A stretch of 64,000 bases of DNA. Source: Nitrospirota bacterium (GTDB lineage: Bacteria > Nitrospirota > Leptospirillia > Leptospirillales > Leptospirillaceae). The position numbers were made by a program, and so were the translations under genes. This document shows positions 1-9,580 of the stretch, one piece after another (positions within the stretch are counted from its first letter, which is position 1; the number at the start of each line of letters is the position of its first letter). The stretch lies in the NCBI GenBank assembly GCA_021806225.1, contig JAJZXW010000041.1:21355-85354 (forward strand). The letters run 5' to 3'. The notes below the pieces were generated by a model. It ran no database searches. It saw only the letters and a list, made by a program, of their open reading frames with translations, and was not told where the DNA came from.

Positions 1-208
1 ATAAGCAATCATCATGCCAATTGTAAAATATAAATAAATCCATATCGAATAGCCCTCCTCTCTCCATGGTCGACATTCCCAACCATAAAGGCAAACAATT
101 TTGTCAGTTTGCGCACATAAAAGAAATACATGTTTCACTGATTGCGCAAGTGAATCGATATCCTTCATGGAGCTCCGCCGCTCCCGATTCTCTTTCTTCC
201 CGAGACAG

Positions 209-237
209 TTTCTTTCCGGATGCCGTTAAGCTATAAT
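209..237 (+). promoter_or_regulatory. Candidate sigma70-type promoter for tRNA-Glu
   Basis: Perfect TATAAT at 232-237, about 20 nt upstream of the tRNA 5' end. The -35 region (tttctt, 209-214, 17-nt spacer) is weak. Confidence 0.3.
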
Positions 238-256
238 GCTTCACTCGAGTACGTTG

Positions 257-332
257 GGTCCCATCGTCTAGTGGCCTAGGACGCTGGCCTCTCACGCCGG
301 AAACACGGGTTCGAACCCCGTTGGGACCACCA
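257..332 (+). tRNA. tRNA-Glu (anticodon CTC), CCA encoded
   Basis: Hand-folded cloverleaf. Acceptor GGTCCCA (257-263) pairs with TGGGACC (322-328), followed by discriminator A329 and CCA 330-332. Anticodon stem CTGGC/GCCGG has loop CTCTCAC (anticodon CTC). T-arm is ACGGG-TTCGAAC-CCCGT. Confidence 0.9.
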
Positions 333-354
333 ACCGACACGCCCCGGGAATTCC

Positions 355-1032
355 TTGACTTCGCTTTCTTCCTCCTCCATTGACACCATCCTGTTCGACC
401 TCGATGGAACTCTCGCGGATTCGTTTGCTCCCATCCGCTCCTCCTTCAACCAGATGCTTCGCCATTTCGGCCATGACAGGGAACTCACGGAGAGCGAAAC
501 ACTCGATCTCGTCGGGGGACCCCTCGACGACTCCGTGGCTCGCCTTCTGCCCGCCCCTCTCGTCTCTTCGGGAACATCCGTTTTCCGTAGACATTATGAA
601 AAAATCTACCTTGAGATGACCCATCCCATGGCAGGCGCTCCGGATCTCCTGTCCGAGATTTTCCAGAGAGGACAGGCCCAGGGTGTGGTCACAAACAAAC
701 TCGGTGCTTCGGCACGGGAGATAATCAGGCATTTCGGCTGGAGCTCTCTGCTTCCCCTTTGTCTGGGAGAAGGTGACGGACTCCCGCTCAAGCCAGATCC
801 AGACATGATTCTTTACGCAGCCGAGCTCCTGAAAACAAGCCCAGACAATCTGCTGTTTGTGGGAGACTCCCCGTACGATTACATGGCGGCACGGAAGGCT
901 GGATGCAGGATTTGCCTATTGACTACCGGAACCCATCGGCGGGATTCCCTTGCCCCTCTTGCTCCCGATCTTCTGTTCGACAGTCTTGGCGAGTTGGGGC
1001 GGTGGCTCAGGGAACTTGGTAGGGACCAGTGA
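355..1032 (+). CDS. HAD-superfamily hydrolase (phosphoglycolate phosphatase-like)
   Basis: 225-aa ORF with TTG start. HAD motifs are present: FDLDGTLADS (motif I), VVTNK (motif II) and K...VGDSPYD (motifs III/IV). Confidence 0.75.
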   Translation: MTSLSSSSIDTILFDLDGTLADSFAPIRSSFNQMLRHFGHDRELTESETLDLVGGPLDDSVARLLPAPLVSSGTSVFRRHYEKIYLEMTHPMAGAPDLLSEIFQRGQAQGVVTNKLGASAREIIRHFGWSSLLPLCLGEGDGLPLKPDPDMILYAAELLKTSPDNLLFVGDSPYDYMAARKAGCRICLLTTGTHRRDSLAPLAPDLLFDSLGELGRWLRELGRDQ

Positions 1033-1570
1033 ATCCTGGGGTCATGACGGGATAGGGAGAGCCTCCCATGATGGCGGTCTCCGGTACCCAGGTGTGCAGG
1101 GAGCGGACATCGAGTGTCACAAGGCGCAGGGTCTGGCCACTATCGGTCAGGGCGGGATGCTTCATGCGACGGACCGTCGCGATGACGGTTATCCGCTGGC
1201 CATCTCTCAGGGCGGAGGGGTCGACGGGATAGGGAAAAACAAGAAGCAGCAATCCGGAGGTGGCATCGGGTGTCCCCGGCCTGAAGTCATGGTCAAGGGG
1301 TGACGGGTCGAGCTCCACATAAGCCCGCGTTGTCCGGTTGTCGAGATGGACCGTGCGTCCGCCGACGACCACCTTTTGCCCCTCGAGCTCACGGTAATTG
1401 TGTATTATCGCACTGTAGGAAAGCGTCGTGTCGACCCCGGAAAGCTGCCTGGCGGTGAATGTTGGCGGATTGAAAATGGCACAGCCACCAGTGGTCAGAA
1501 CAACGGGAAGAAGGGTGAACAGGACCCGAATGATTCTTCCAGGCCTGGACACGATCACTTTTTCCACCAA
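1007..1570 (-). CDS. Slp-family outer-membrane lipoprotein
   Basis: 187-aa ORF with signal peptide and lipobox LTTGGC. The core (GQKVVVGGRTV...YVELDPSPLD...VDPSALRDGQRITVIATV) follows the Slp/YeaY pattern. Confidence 0.6.
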   Translation of the reverse strand: MVEKVIVSRPGRIIRVLFTLLPVVLTTGGCAIFNPPTFTARQLSGVDTTLSYSAIIHNYRELEGQKVVVGGRTVHLDNRTTRAYVELDPSPLDHDFRPGTPDATSGLLLLVFPYPVDPSALRDGQRITVIATVRRMKHPALTDSGQTLRLVTLDVRSLHTWVPETAIMGGSPYPVMTPGFTGPYQVP

Positions 1571-1758
1571 TCCAGGTTTCCGGTAATGATGTACTTTCTA
1601 AACAGATCGAAAATGATGAACCCCAGAAAGCCAAACTCGAGGATCGTGAAAATCCGGAAGAAAATCCCGAGCAGCTTAGCCCTCCTCGGCGTAAAGTCCA
1701 GGGGATCCGGCTCCCCTGGAACGGATTCAGGCTTTTTCCCCTCGCTGTCAGTCTCCAA
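1555..1758 (-). CDS. Small hypothetical membrane protein
   Basis: 67-aa ORF with one strongly hydrophobic segment (LLGIFFRIFTILEFGFLGFIIF). Its end overlaps the start of the Slp gene by 16 nt on the same strand. Confidence 0.35.
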   Translation of the reverse strand: METDSEGKKPESVPGEPDPLDFTPRRAKLLGIFFRIFTILEFGFLGFIIFDLFRKYIITGNLDWWKK

Positions 1759-1776
1759 GTTCCACCTCCAAATGGA

Positions 1777-2991
1777 TCATGTCGGATCCGCCATTCCCAA
1801 TAGATTCTGGTTCAAAGCCCCCAGCCAGTATACCCTGCGGTTGGCATCCGGCAACATGACAAGATCGACCCGGCGATGGTTGAAGGAAAAAGAGAAATCC
1901 ACCTCTCCAGGAAGGCCAAAACGGGTGGCATCTCCGCTCCTGTAGGGAACCTGGACCTGATAGTCCGAGACAACCGCCCCCGCTTCATTGATCCTTCCTG
2001 AGAGGGAGACCGTCTGGCCCTCCCTGTCGAAGTCAAGACGTCCTTCGAGAGCGAAGGGACCATCCACCAGAAGGCTCCCAGCAAGAGCCACTCGGTACCT
2101 TCTCGCTGGAAAACGGTAGAAAGGTTTCGGAAAGGGAAGAAAAACTCCGACTCCCCTCGTGTGATCCGACCTGAGCTCGAAGAGCCCCGAATTCCCACTT
2201 CCTATTATCCTAAGTTCCTGGTCCTTCCCTTTCAACCAAAGCGTGGCCTTCAAACGACCAGAAAAATCGGGGGGAGTCACTCCCCGAAGAAGGTCTTTCC
2301 TCTGGACCACCCCGTTCACAAGAGAGACGGGGTGATAAAATTGTCTGGGAGTTCGGAAGGGAACAGGTCCCACCACCGAAATGGTTTCATTCAGAAGGGA
2401 TCGGTAGGCATTTAGAAGAACAAGACGTGGCCTCCAGAATTCCCGTGGAGGAGGAGCGACATCCAAGATCCAGAGCGGTGGCTCCAGAACGGAGGAATCC
2501 TCCGACGGAACGAAGGCCGCCCTTCGGATGCGGCAGGCCGAAAGATCCCGGAATTCGACAAACCCTTTGACTGTTCGCCTCGACCAATGGCCCTTCTCGC
2601 GTTTTTCGATGACGGCCGAAATAGGCAGAACCGCACGTTTGCGCGAAAGGTCGAAGCCAGGTCCCCAGTTCTTCTCGATTCTGACGCGCACAATAGGTCC
2701 GACATCGGCTTTTTTCCCATCCACAACTCCCTGCACATTCAGATAGCGTCGCGTGCACTCGATCGGGGAAACGCGAAAGCGGGTATAAACGGCAGCGTCC
2801 ATCATCGAGGTCCGATACAGGGTTCCCGACTCGGACACAGCTGGAACGCTTTGGGAGAGCGCGGCACATGAAGTCAGGAGAACGAGTGTCCCGAAGGCAA
2901 GGAACCCTTTGAGAAGAAAGAAGGGATATCCCTTTCCGGAGCAGTTGAAAAAAGTCTTTCGAGCCCGGGTTTCCGGCCTTTTTTTCTCCAC
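1777..2991 (-). CDS. Hypothetical lipoprotein (about 404 aa)
   Basis: The ORF track gives 1777..3096. An internal in-frame GTG at 2991 gives a typical lipoprotein signal (VEKKRPETRARK...FGTLVLLTSC). No family was recognised. Confidence 0.55.
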   Translation of the reverse strand: MEKKRPETRARKTFFNCSGKGYPFFLLKGFLAFGTLVLLTSCAALSQSVPAVSESGTLYRTSMMDAAVYTRFRVSPIECTRRYLNVQGVVDGKKADVGPIVRVRIEKNWGPGFDLSRKRAVLPISAVIEKREKGHWSRRTVKGFVEFRDLSACRIRRAAFVPSEDSSVLEPPLWILDVAPPPREFWRPRLVLLNAYRSLLNETISVVGPVPFRTPRQFYHPVSLVNGVVQRKDLLRGVTPPDFSGRLKATLWLKGKDQELRIIGSGNSGLFELRSDHTRGVGVFLPFPKPFYRFPARRYRVALAGSLLVDGPFALEGRLDFDREGQTVSLSGRINEAGAVVSDYQVQVPYRSGDATRFGLPGEVDFSFSFNHRRVDLVMLPDANRRVYWLGALNQNLLGMADPT

Positions 2992-3088
2992 TTGTGTTGA
3001 ACCCTGCCCTGTCGTTGTGATAAGACTATTTCCCGGTGCCTGAAGTAGTATTAAAGACTCATCCCCAAAAATCAGAAATGGAGGACCT

Positions 3089-3484
3089 ATGGCCACACTT
3101 TATGAGGTCGCTTCAGTAAAAGGTCGGTCACTGTGGATCCACGTCGGGCAAAGGTCCGTCTCTCTCCTTGGCCTCTCGTTCCTCGGGCTGAGTGCCTGCG
3201 CTCAAACCAATGCCTTGATCGGAAACCACCAGAATGCGGCCTACAACTACCGGGCTGCCGCCCAGGGCTCCGAAAAAGACGCCAGAAAACAGGCGGATCT
3301 TCAAAATCACATCGTCGCTGCAATGAAGTATATCGATGCGGCGAGGAGTCGTCTCTCCTCAGCCCAGGAATATCAGAAAATCGGAAATCCGGTCTGGGCA
3401 AAGAACATGTTTGACAAGAGCAGCGCAGACCTGACCACCGCTGCCAACGAAATCAAGGCCGCCCAGTCTCCCCTTTCAAACTAG
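3089..3484 (+). CDS. Small hypothetical lipoprotein
   Basis: 131-aa ORF with signal peptide and lipobox LGLSAC. The rest is a helical Ala/Lys/Gln-rich region. Divergent from the 1777..2991 gene. Confidence 0.5.
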   Translation: MATLYEVASVKGRSLWIHVGQRSVSLLGLSFLGLSACAQTNALIGNHQNAAYNYRAAAQGSEKDARKQADLQNHIVAAMKYIDAARSRLSSAQEYQKIGNPVWAKNMFDKSSADLTTAANEIKAAQSPLSN

Positions 3485-3506
3485 TCCGAAAGATTCCTCC
3501 CGGGGG

Positions 3507-5852
3507 TCACCGTCCCCGATGTCCGTACCGTCGCTTTTTGCTGGATCCCCGGGAATCCGAGAGATTTTCTGCCTCCTCTTCAAGAACGAAATCGCACCGA
3601 AGACGCTGGAAGTCGACCTTCGCGACCGTTACTCGCAGGGCATCTCCAACGGAGAAGGTTCGTCCCGTTCTCTCTCCACGAATCTGGTGGCGGTCTTCCC
3701 GGTATTCATAATAGTCTCTTCCAAGCTGGCTGATAGGAATTAATCCCTCCACAAAAAACGGGACCAGCTCTACAAAAACTCCGTAGGACGCTATCCCTGT
3801 GATCCGGCCGTCAAAGCTTTCCCCAAGGTGGCGCGACATGAATCGGACCTTCTTGAAATCGATCGCCATACGTTCGGCTTCGGTCGCCTTGCGCTCTTTT
3901 TCAGAGCAATGTTGAGCCACCCTGGAAAGAGGGGCCGGGATAAGAGCCTCTTTCCCCCCGGGGGATGCGAGGGAAAGAAGGCGATGGACGACCAGATCGG
4001 GGTAGCGGCGGATGGGGGAGGTGAAATGGGTATAGTCCGAAAAAGCCAGCCCAAAATGGCCCAGGGGACGCTCGTCATAACGGGCCTGCTTGAGGGAACG
4101 GAGAACTGCATAATGCACGGGGTGCTCGACGGGCGTTCCACGAGTCTTTTCGAGAATCAGGGACAAATCCCGAGGAGTCACCGGATCATGCCGGACGACA
4201 GTCACCCCAAGCGAATCGATAAAGGAATAGAGGTTTTCGATCCGTTCTGGAGACGGAGATTCGTGAGCCCGGAAAATCGCTGTTCCCAGCCGCTCTGACA
4301 GACGGAGAGCCACGAGTGTGTTGGCCAGCAGCATGAATTCTTCGATGAGTTGGTGGGACATGTAGCGGGGGGAGCGGAGAATGTCGACCGGTTCTCCCCT
4401 GAGGTCCAAAACGATTTCGGGCTCCGGCAGGTCGAAGTCAAGGCTCCCCTTTGCCATTCGACGCTTCCGGAGGAGCTGGGCCACACGCCACAGCTCATCC
4501 AGGAATGGGCCCCAAGAGCGGTATCCCTCCGAAGGATCCCCTGCGAGGCTCCGGTGGACCTCGGAGTATGTCATGCGCTTCCGGCTTCTGATGACCGAGG
4601 GGGTCACCGACCAGTCTACGACCGAGCCATCCTCACCGATTTTTGCAATAACAGAACGGGCCAGACGGTCCTCATCAGGGTTGAGGGAAAGGACGCCGTT
4701 TGACAGGACTTCCGGAAACATTGGAACAACCCGGTCCGGAAAATAAACGCTGGTAGCCCTCGCAAAAGCCTCCCGATCGAGAGGGGAGCCCGGAAGGACA
4801 TAGGTTGAGACATCCGCGATGTGAACACCAAGGGTCCAAGTTCCATCAGGATTTCCGACAAGGGAGATGGCGTCGTCGAAGTCTTTGGCCGAGTCCCCAT
4901 CGATGGTCACCACTTCGAGGGAACGCATGTCCGCGCGTTCTCCGTCCGGCACGATTCTCACAGAAGCGGCACGTTCATGGGCCGCCTCTTCTATCTCCGA
5001 AGGAAATGCTAGGGGAAGACCGAAGGAGGCGATCACCAGATCGGTGTCGATCGCAGGATCACCGTCGGCTCCCAAGACCGAAACGATACGACCGGAGGGA
5101 ACGGGGGAGGCGTCCGGATAGGAGGTGACCGTCAGGACGACAAGAGTCCCGTCTCCTTCGGGCAAAGGAGGAATGGGATCGTCAACTCGAAAAAGATGTC
5201 GGATCCTGGCATCCCTTGGCCGGACGAAAAGTCCTCCCTCCGTCCGAATAAGAAGTCCGGGGAAATCGGTCCGACTATGGGAGACGACATGTGACACGAC
5301 TCCCTCACGCCGCCCACGGGAATCCTCCCCCGTGACATGACAGACCACCGTATCACCGTCGATGGCGCCCGCGAGAAAATGGGCAGGAACAAAGACATCT
5401 TTTTTCCCCTCGGGGTCGATCACGAATCCGTATCCGTCCCGATTGGCGTCCAGCCGGCCCGACAAGGAAGGAAGACGCGAAGGAAGAGAAAGACGTCCGT
5501 CGGGAAGACGCAGCACCGTTCCGATTCGCGCAAGAGCCTCCAACTCGGCTTCGGCCTCAGTTCGCATATTTCTGTTTTTTCTGGGTATCAGACGCCGCAG
5601 GAGAAGATCGCGAGAGACGAGGTGTTCATCGGAAGACTGAAGCTCGGCAATAATACGGTCGGCCCAGGACGAGACTCCCTCAGGGGAAGGACTCTGTGAT
5701 TTTCCCCCACCCCCCGGAGGGCCGCCTACAGGCTTTCGTCGACGACGTCGTCTCTTTTTTTCAGGCAAATCCAAGCTGTTCTCCAAGCGCTTTGACAGGA
5801 TCTCTGTCCACGGAGAATTCCTGCCTCGGACAAAATTTCGTTCTGTCCTCAC
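3507..5852 (-). CDS. rnr: Ribonuclease R (RNB-family 3'-5' exoribonuclease with C-terminal S1 domain)
   Basis: 781-aa ORF. RNB catalytic region is present (TIDGDSAKDFDDAISL, SVYFPDRVVPMFP, HFGLAFSDYTHFTSPIRRYPDLVVHR). The C-terminus has an S1 domain (GRITGIASYGVFVEL) and a basic tail. Confidence 0.9.
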   Translation of the reverse strand: MRTERNFVRGRNSPWTEILSKRLENSLDLPEKKRRRRRRKPVGGPPGGGGKSQSPSPEGVSSWADRIIAELQSSDEHLVSRDLLLRRLIPRKNRNMRTEAEAELEALARIGTVLRLPDGRLSLPSRLPSLSGRLDANRDGYGFVIDPEGKKDVFVPAHFLAGAIDGDTVVCHVTGEDSRGRREGVVSHVVSHSRTDFPGLLIRTEGGLFVRPRDARIRHLFRVDDPIPPLPEGDGTLVVLTVTSYPDASPVPSGRIVSVLGADGDPAIDTDLVIASFGLPLAFPSEIEEAAHERAASVRIVPDGERADMRSLEVVTIDGDSAKDFDDAISLVGNPDGTWTLGVHIADVSTYVLPGSPLDREAFARATSVYFPDRVVPMFPEVLSNGVLSLNPDEDRLARSVIAKIGEDGSVVDWSVTPSVIRSRKRMTYSEVHRSLAGDPSEGYRSWGPFLDELWRVAQLLRKRRMAKGSLDFDLPEPEIVLDLRGEPVDILRSPRYMSHQLIEEFMLLANTLVALRLSERLGTAIFRAHESPSPERIENLYSFIDSLGVTVVRHDPVTPRDLSLILEKTRGTPVEHPVHYAVLRSLKQARYDERPLGHFGLAFSDYTHFTSPIRRYPDLVVHRLLSLASPGGKEALIPAPLSRVAQHCSEKERKATEAERMAIDFKKVRFMSRHLGESFDGRITGIASYGVFVELVPFFVEGLIPISQLGRDYYEYREDRHQIRGERTGRTFSVGDALRVTVAKVDFQRLRCDFVLEEEAENLSDSRGSSKKRRYGHRGR

Positions 5853-6173
5853 ATCCTATCACAAGGGAGCCTGCAGTTAAAAGTTTTTTAAGAGGGACTT
5901 GATATGCCAAAGAATTCTTAATACAATTTACCAGTTTGCTTGCAGATACGGTTTTGGATGTTTTTTGCCGCGGTCCCCAGATACAGTTTGTTGCTGATGA
6001 GCCGAGACCCGTCTGGCGCCGTCATCGATCAGTGCCAACAACAAGAGGGACCGCTGGCGCAGAAGCAGGTCAGGTTGTGAAGGAGGCGGAACCGGGGGAA
6101 GAGGACAGGCTATCGATTCAGAGGCATCGAACAATCATTCGCTGGAACTCTCAAATCAATTAAGGAGGATTGA

Positions 6174-6641
6174 ATGAAGGGGTTAAAAAAAGGCTTGCTG
6201 AGCCTCATGCTTCTTTCAGCCCTTGGCTGGACGATTGCACCATTTTCCATCGGATCCGCCCTGGCGGACAATGCGGCCACGACCACGCCGGCGGCCACAA
6301 CTGCCCCGGCAAAGGCGACGACCAAAAAGCCGGTCGCCAAGAAAGCTGTCAAGAAGAAGGCTGCCAAGAAGCATGTGCGTCACGCCCGCAAGGGAGCCCC
6401 TGTTTTTGTGGGTTCCATTACGCACATCGACATGAATGCCTCTCCCATGACCATCACCGTGGTCAAGAATGCAGGGAAGAAGTCTGAATTTGTTTTTGGA
6501 GGAGATCTCTCTTCGAAAACCGTTATTTTCAAAGGCCGAAAAAAAGTCGGCATGAGCGCTCTTCAGGAAGGGCAGAGGGTTGTCCTCCGCTACCACAGAA
6601 CGCATAGCTCCCTTGTCGTGACGGCCATTCACATTCGTTAA
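6174..6641 (+). CDS. Hypothetical secreted protein with Lys/Ala-rich linker
   Basis: 155-aa ORF preceded by AAGGAGG. It has a signal peptide (ending SALA-DN), a Thr/Pro/Ala then KKxxAKK low-complexity stretch, and a beta-rich C-terminal domain. Confidence 0.55.
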   Translation: MKGLKKGLLSLMLLSALGWTIAPFSIGSALADNAATTTPAATTAPAKATTKKPVAKKAVKKKAAKKHVRHARKGAPVFVGSITHIDMNASPMTITVVKNAGKKSEFVFGGDLSSKTVIFKGRKKVGMSALQEGQRVVLRYHRTHSSLVVTAIHIR

Positions 6642-6738
6642 AGAATTTCGGTCATTCGACTTCCCATATCTCACAAAAGGGATTTCGGATAATAAAAAAT
6701 TTCGCTGCGGCGAAAACTCGAGAAAGAAGGAGATTCTA

Positions 6739-7275
6739 ATGAAATTCGGTCAATCCAAGAGTTTGATGGCTTTGGTCGTTGCAGGCGTTTTGGGGCTGGC
6801 GGGTTGCGCCTCCTCCGGCGGCGCCAAATCCGGATCCTCCGAGAGCACCCAGGCGGCCCCTGCGGCCCAGGCTCCGGCCACCGAGAACAACAATTCCATG
6901 GCGTCCCAGTCGGTTTCAGAGATGGACCCCCTCAAAGAGGATGTCCGATTCGGCTTTGACAAGGCCATCCTGACCTCCGAAGACCGGTCCGTCCTCAAGA
7001 AGGATGCCGCCATCCTTAAAGCCCATTCAGGGGTTAAGGTTGTCATTGCCGGCCACGCAGACGAGCGCGGAACCGATGCCTACAACATCGTTCTCGGACA
7101 GAAGCGTGCCAAGGCCGCGAGGATCTATCTCGTCCGTCTCGGAGTCTCTCCCAAGCGGATCCGTATCGTGTCCTACGGCAAGCGGGAGATTCCTGACTAC
7201 TCCATCTGTTCAGACCACAACGAGTCCTGCTGGTCGAAGAACCGCGTAGCCCATTTCATGAAGATCACCATGTAA
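6739..7275 (+). CDS. pal: Peptidoglycan-associated lipoprotein (OmpA C-terminal domain)
   Basis: 178 aa with lipobox LGLAGC. OmpA-like domain is present (FGFDKAILTSED...VVIAGHADERGTDAYNIVLGQKRAKAARIYLVRLGV). RBS GAAGGAG lies upstream. Confidence 0.8.
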   Translation: MKFGQSKSLMALVVAGVLGLAGCASSGGAKSGSSESTQAAPAAQAPATENNNSMASQSVSEMDPLKEDVRFGFDKAILTSEDRSVLKKDAAILKAHSGVKVVIAGHADERGTDAYNIVLGQKRAKAARIYLVRLGVSPKRIRIVSYGKREIPDYSICSDHNESCWSKNRVAHFMKITM

Positions 7276-7308
7276 TCTGAACGCAAGGATTTCTTTCCCC
7301 CTTGAGAA

Positions 7309-7341
7309 AGACGGGAGCCCGAAAGGGCCCCGTCTTTTTTT
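7309..7341 (+). terminator. Rho-independent terminator after pal
   Basis: Stem AGACGGG(A)GCCC with loop GAAA and closing GGGC-CCCGTCT, followed by a T-run (7335-7341). Confidence 0.6.
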
Positions 7342-7424
7342 GTCTCTTTACTTTGATCATGCTATATTTCAAGATATTTTCAGTGAACAGAACTGAACAG
7401 TAAAAAAGTGACGAGGAGCCTGTA

Positions 7425-8102
7425 ATGACCTTTTTTCAAAAGGCGAAACGAATACGGACCGGTTTTTCAAGAGGGGGATCCTGGATCGTTCTACTGGGAA
7501 CGATTCTTTCCGCAACGGCAGGATGCGCCACCAGGCCACCCGCCGCTTCCATGGCCCCTGGACCGACTCCCGACCATGGCTTTCCGGGAGTATCCGTTTC
7601 TGAAGGTTCCTCCCAGTGGCCACGAACGAGGCTCCCAGAGGAAGAACCCAGCCACCGCATTTATACCGAAGCCCCCCCGCCCACACAGTCTCCTGGTACC
7701 CCGGCGGAGACTTCCGAGAAAAAAAAGGGCAAGACACCCACTCAGAGAACGGTCTACTTTTCATTCAATAGCGCCCGGTTGTCATTTTGGGACGAAGTGG
7801 TACTGGATACCATTGCGAAAGGGCTAAAGGGGTCGCAATATCGGGAAATTCGTCTCCATGGTTCAACCGATCCTCTGGGTTCGGAAGCCTACAACAAAAA
7901 GCTGGGGCTCAGGAGAAGTCTGGCCGTCAAGCGCTACCTCGTCTCCCGAGGACTTCCACCGAAGAAACTCCGAGCCCTTTCCTGGGGAGACAGCAAATCC
8001 AGACTCTTTTCCGCCTGTCGCCGGAAAAGTCCCCTTTGCCACTCCCAAAGCCGATCTGTCCGGATCGACATCAGGGAGGCGTCAGCCCCCTCTTCGCCTT
8101 GA
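7425..8102 (+). CDS. OmpA-domain lipoprotein
   Basis: 225 aa with lipobox LSATAGC and a Pro-rich linker. OmpA-like domain is present (VYFSFNSARL...LHGSTDPLGSEAYNKKLGLRRSLAVKRYLVSRGL). Confidence 0.75.
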   Translation: MTFFQKAKRIRTGFSRGGSWIVLLGTILSATAGCATRPPAASMAPGPTPDHGFPGVSVSEGSSQWPRTRLPEEEPSHRIYTEAPPPTQSPGTPAETSEKKKGKTPTQRTVYFSFNSARLSFWDEVVLDTIAKGLKGSQYREIRLHGSTDPLGSEAYNKKLGLRRSLAVKRYLVSRGLPPKKLRALSWGDSKSRLFSACRRKSPLCHSQSRSVRIDIREASAPSSP

Positions 8103-8595
8103 TCCAGCGAATCAGGACATAGGCCGCCGGAAAGGAGAGCGTGAAGGCACCCAGAGCGAAAACAGCCGATCCGACGGCGAAAGGGTAGAGGACACCGCGG
8201 ACCTGGGCCAGAATGGCATCTTTCGGCATATGGGAAAGAGCCCTGATATTGGGAACCCATACCTTCGTATCGAGAATCATGGCTCCGACCTTGATCTCCG
8301 CAAGATAGGCCGGCAGAAAGACAGGGACAAAAGTCCACGGATTGTTTGTCCAGGACCCAAGGAGGCCGATCGGAAGGGATAGGCGGAAGAGGTAGGCCAG
8401 GGAGGCCACCAGAATGCTATGGAATCCGAAGGGCGGCAGGAAGGCGGAGGCAAACCCCGTGGCGAATGAAAGAGCGTCGCGCAAAGGATCGTTCGACCCG
8501 AGAAAGAGTTGGAGAACCTTTTCCTTCCATCCCTCCCTTCCGGGCTGTTCCCCCGTCCCGGGCTTTTGACTTTTTTCAGGAGACGGTGTGGTCAA
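8071..8595 (-). CDS. DUF2062-like membrane protein
   Basis: 174 aa. The pattern ATGFASAFLPPFGFHSILVASLAYLFRLSLPIGLLGSWTNNPWTFVP matches the DUF2062 signature as I remember it. It overlaps the thiL 3' end by 20 nt. Confidence 0.55.
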   Translation of the reverse strand: MTTPSPEKSQKPGTGEQPGREGWKEKVLQLFLGSNDPLRDALSFATGFASAFLPPFGFHSILVASLAYLFRLSLPIGLLGSWTNNPWTFVPVFLPAYLAEIKVGAMILDTKVWVPNIRALSHMPKDAILAQVRGVLYPFAVGSAVFALGAFTLSFPAAYVLIRWIKAKRGLTPP

Positions 8596-9568
8596 AACCT
8601 CTTCCCTTGATTGATTTTAATGTGTCGATGAAATAGACGGAAGCCGGACCATCCCCCTTTACAGCCCGCCCCACATAGTGGATTTCCTCTCCCGAACCCG
8701 TCAGAAGGTCGGACCGGACCCATCGGAGGAAGGACTCCTCCTGACTGCCCCTGACACCGAGGACGATATCGTAATCTTCCCCACCCGTCCAGACCAGAGT
8801 ACCGGCATCCTCTCCAAGAAGGGCCGACCAGGTCCGGACTTCCTCCGAGACAGGAAGAGCTTCGACCCGAATGGATAACCCGGAGGCCTGGGAAAGCTCC
8901 GAAAGCGAGCGTTCCAGCCCGTCAGAGCTGTCGATGGTGGCGGAGACTTCCGGCCTGAGGGCAAGGGCCTGTCCGGCTGACAGAAGCGCTCTTGGACGAC
9001 GGAAGGCCCGTCGAGCGGGCTCAAGAAGCTCGGCTCCCAGTCCTCGCAAGAGAGACAGATACCCTGCCCTGGCCCTTCCGGGACGCCCCAGAAGATAGAT
9101 GGCGTCCCCCTCCGACAGAGACGCTCTCGCGGGGAAAATCCCTACGGGAATGGTGCCAAGGAGGGTCAGGACGAAGTTCCAGCGACCGGAGTCACGGGAC
9201 AGGTCTCCCCCCACCAGCGAACAGCCGTATTCACGGCAGGCCTCGGCGATCCCGCGGTACACCCCCCGCAATACCTCCGGATCGTAATTCTGCGGAAGTC
9301 CAACCGCTGCCACCCCTGACCAGGGAACCCCCCCTTTCGATGCGATGTCACTCACATTGACCGCTACGAGACGGTAGCCCAGCGACTCCGGATCGGTCCA
9401 GTCCCATCGAAAATGGACATTCTCCCGCTGGCTATCGGTCGTCACGAGGAGATTGCGATCCGGAGGAGCGGAGAGGAGCGCGGCATCGTCTCCGATCCCG
9501 GCCAGGACGCCGGGTGACGGAAGTCCGGAAAGGATTTGTGAGAGCTCCCTGATGAGATCAGCTTCCAT
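8576..9568 (-). CDS. thiL: Thiamine-monophosphate kinase
   Basis: 330 aa. It has an AIR-synthase-like N-terminus with GIGDDAALL and VAVNVSDIASKGG, the typical ThiL layout. Confidence 0.85.
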   Translation of the reverse strand: MEADLIRELSQILSGLPSPGVLAGIGDDAALLSAPPDRNLLVTTDSQRENVHFRWDWTDPESLGYRLVAVNVSDIASKGGVPWSGVAAVGLPQNYDPEVLRGVYRGIAEACREYGCSLVGGDLSRDSGRWNFVLTLLGTIPVGIFPARASLSEGDAIYLLGRPGRARAGYLSLLRGLGAELLEPARRAFRRPRALLSAGQALALRPEVSATIDSSDGLERSLSELSQASGLSIRVEALPVSEEVRTWSALLGEDAGTLVWTGGEDYDIVLGVRGSQEESFLRWVRSDLLTGSGEEIHYVGRAVKGDGPASVYFIDTLKSIKGRGFDHTVS

Positions 9569-9580
9569 CGTGCCCCTTGA

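Noticed and set aside
1-67. Possible gene start on the minus strand running off the left edge (ATG 67..65, MERGGLFDMDLFIFYNWHDDCL...)
   Set aside because: Only 22 codons are visible, the RBS is weak and the composition is AT-rich. There is too little evidence to call a CDS.
104-732. Minus-strand ORFs of 70-146 aa overlapping tRNA-Glu and the HAD gene
   Set aside because: They overlap a confidently folded tRNA and are antisense to a motif-bearing HAD hydrolase. They show no coding features.
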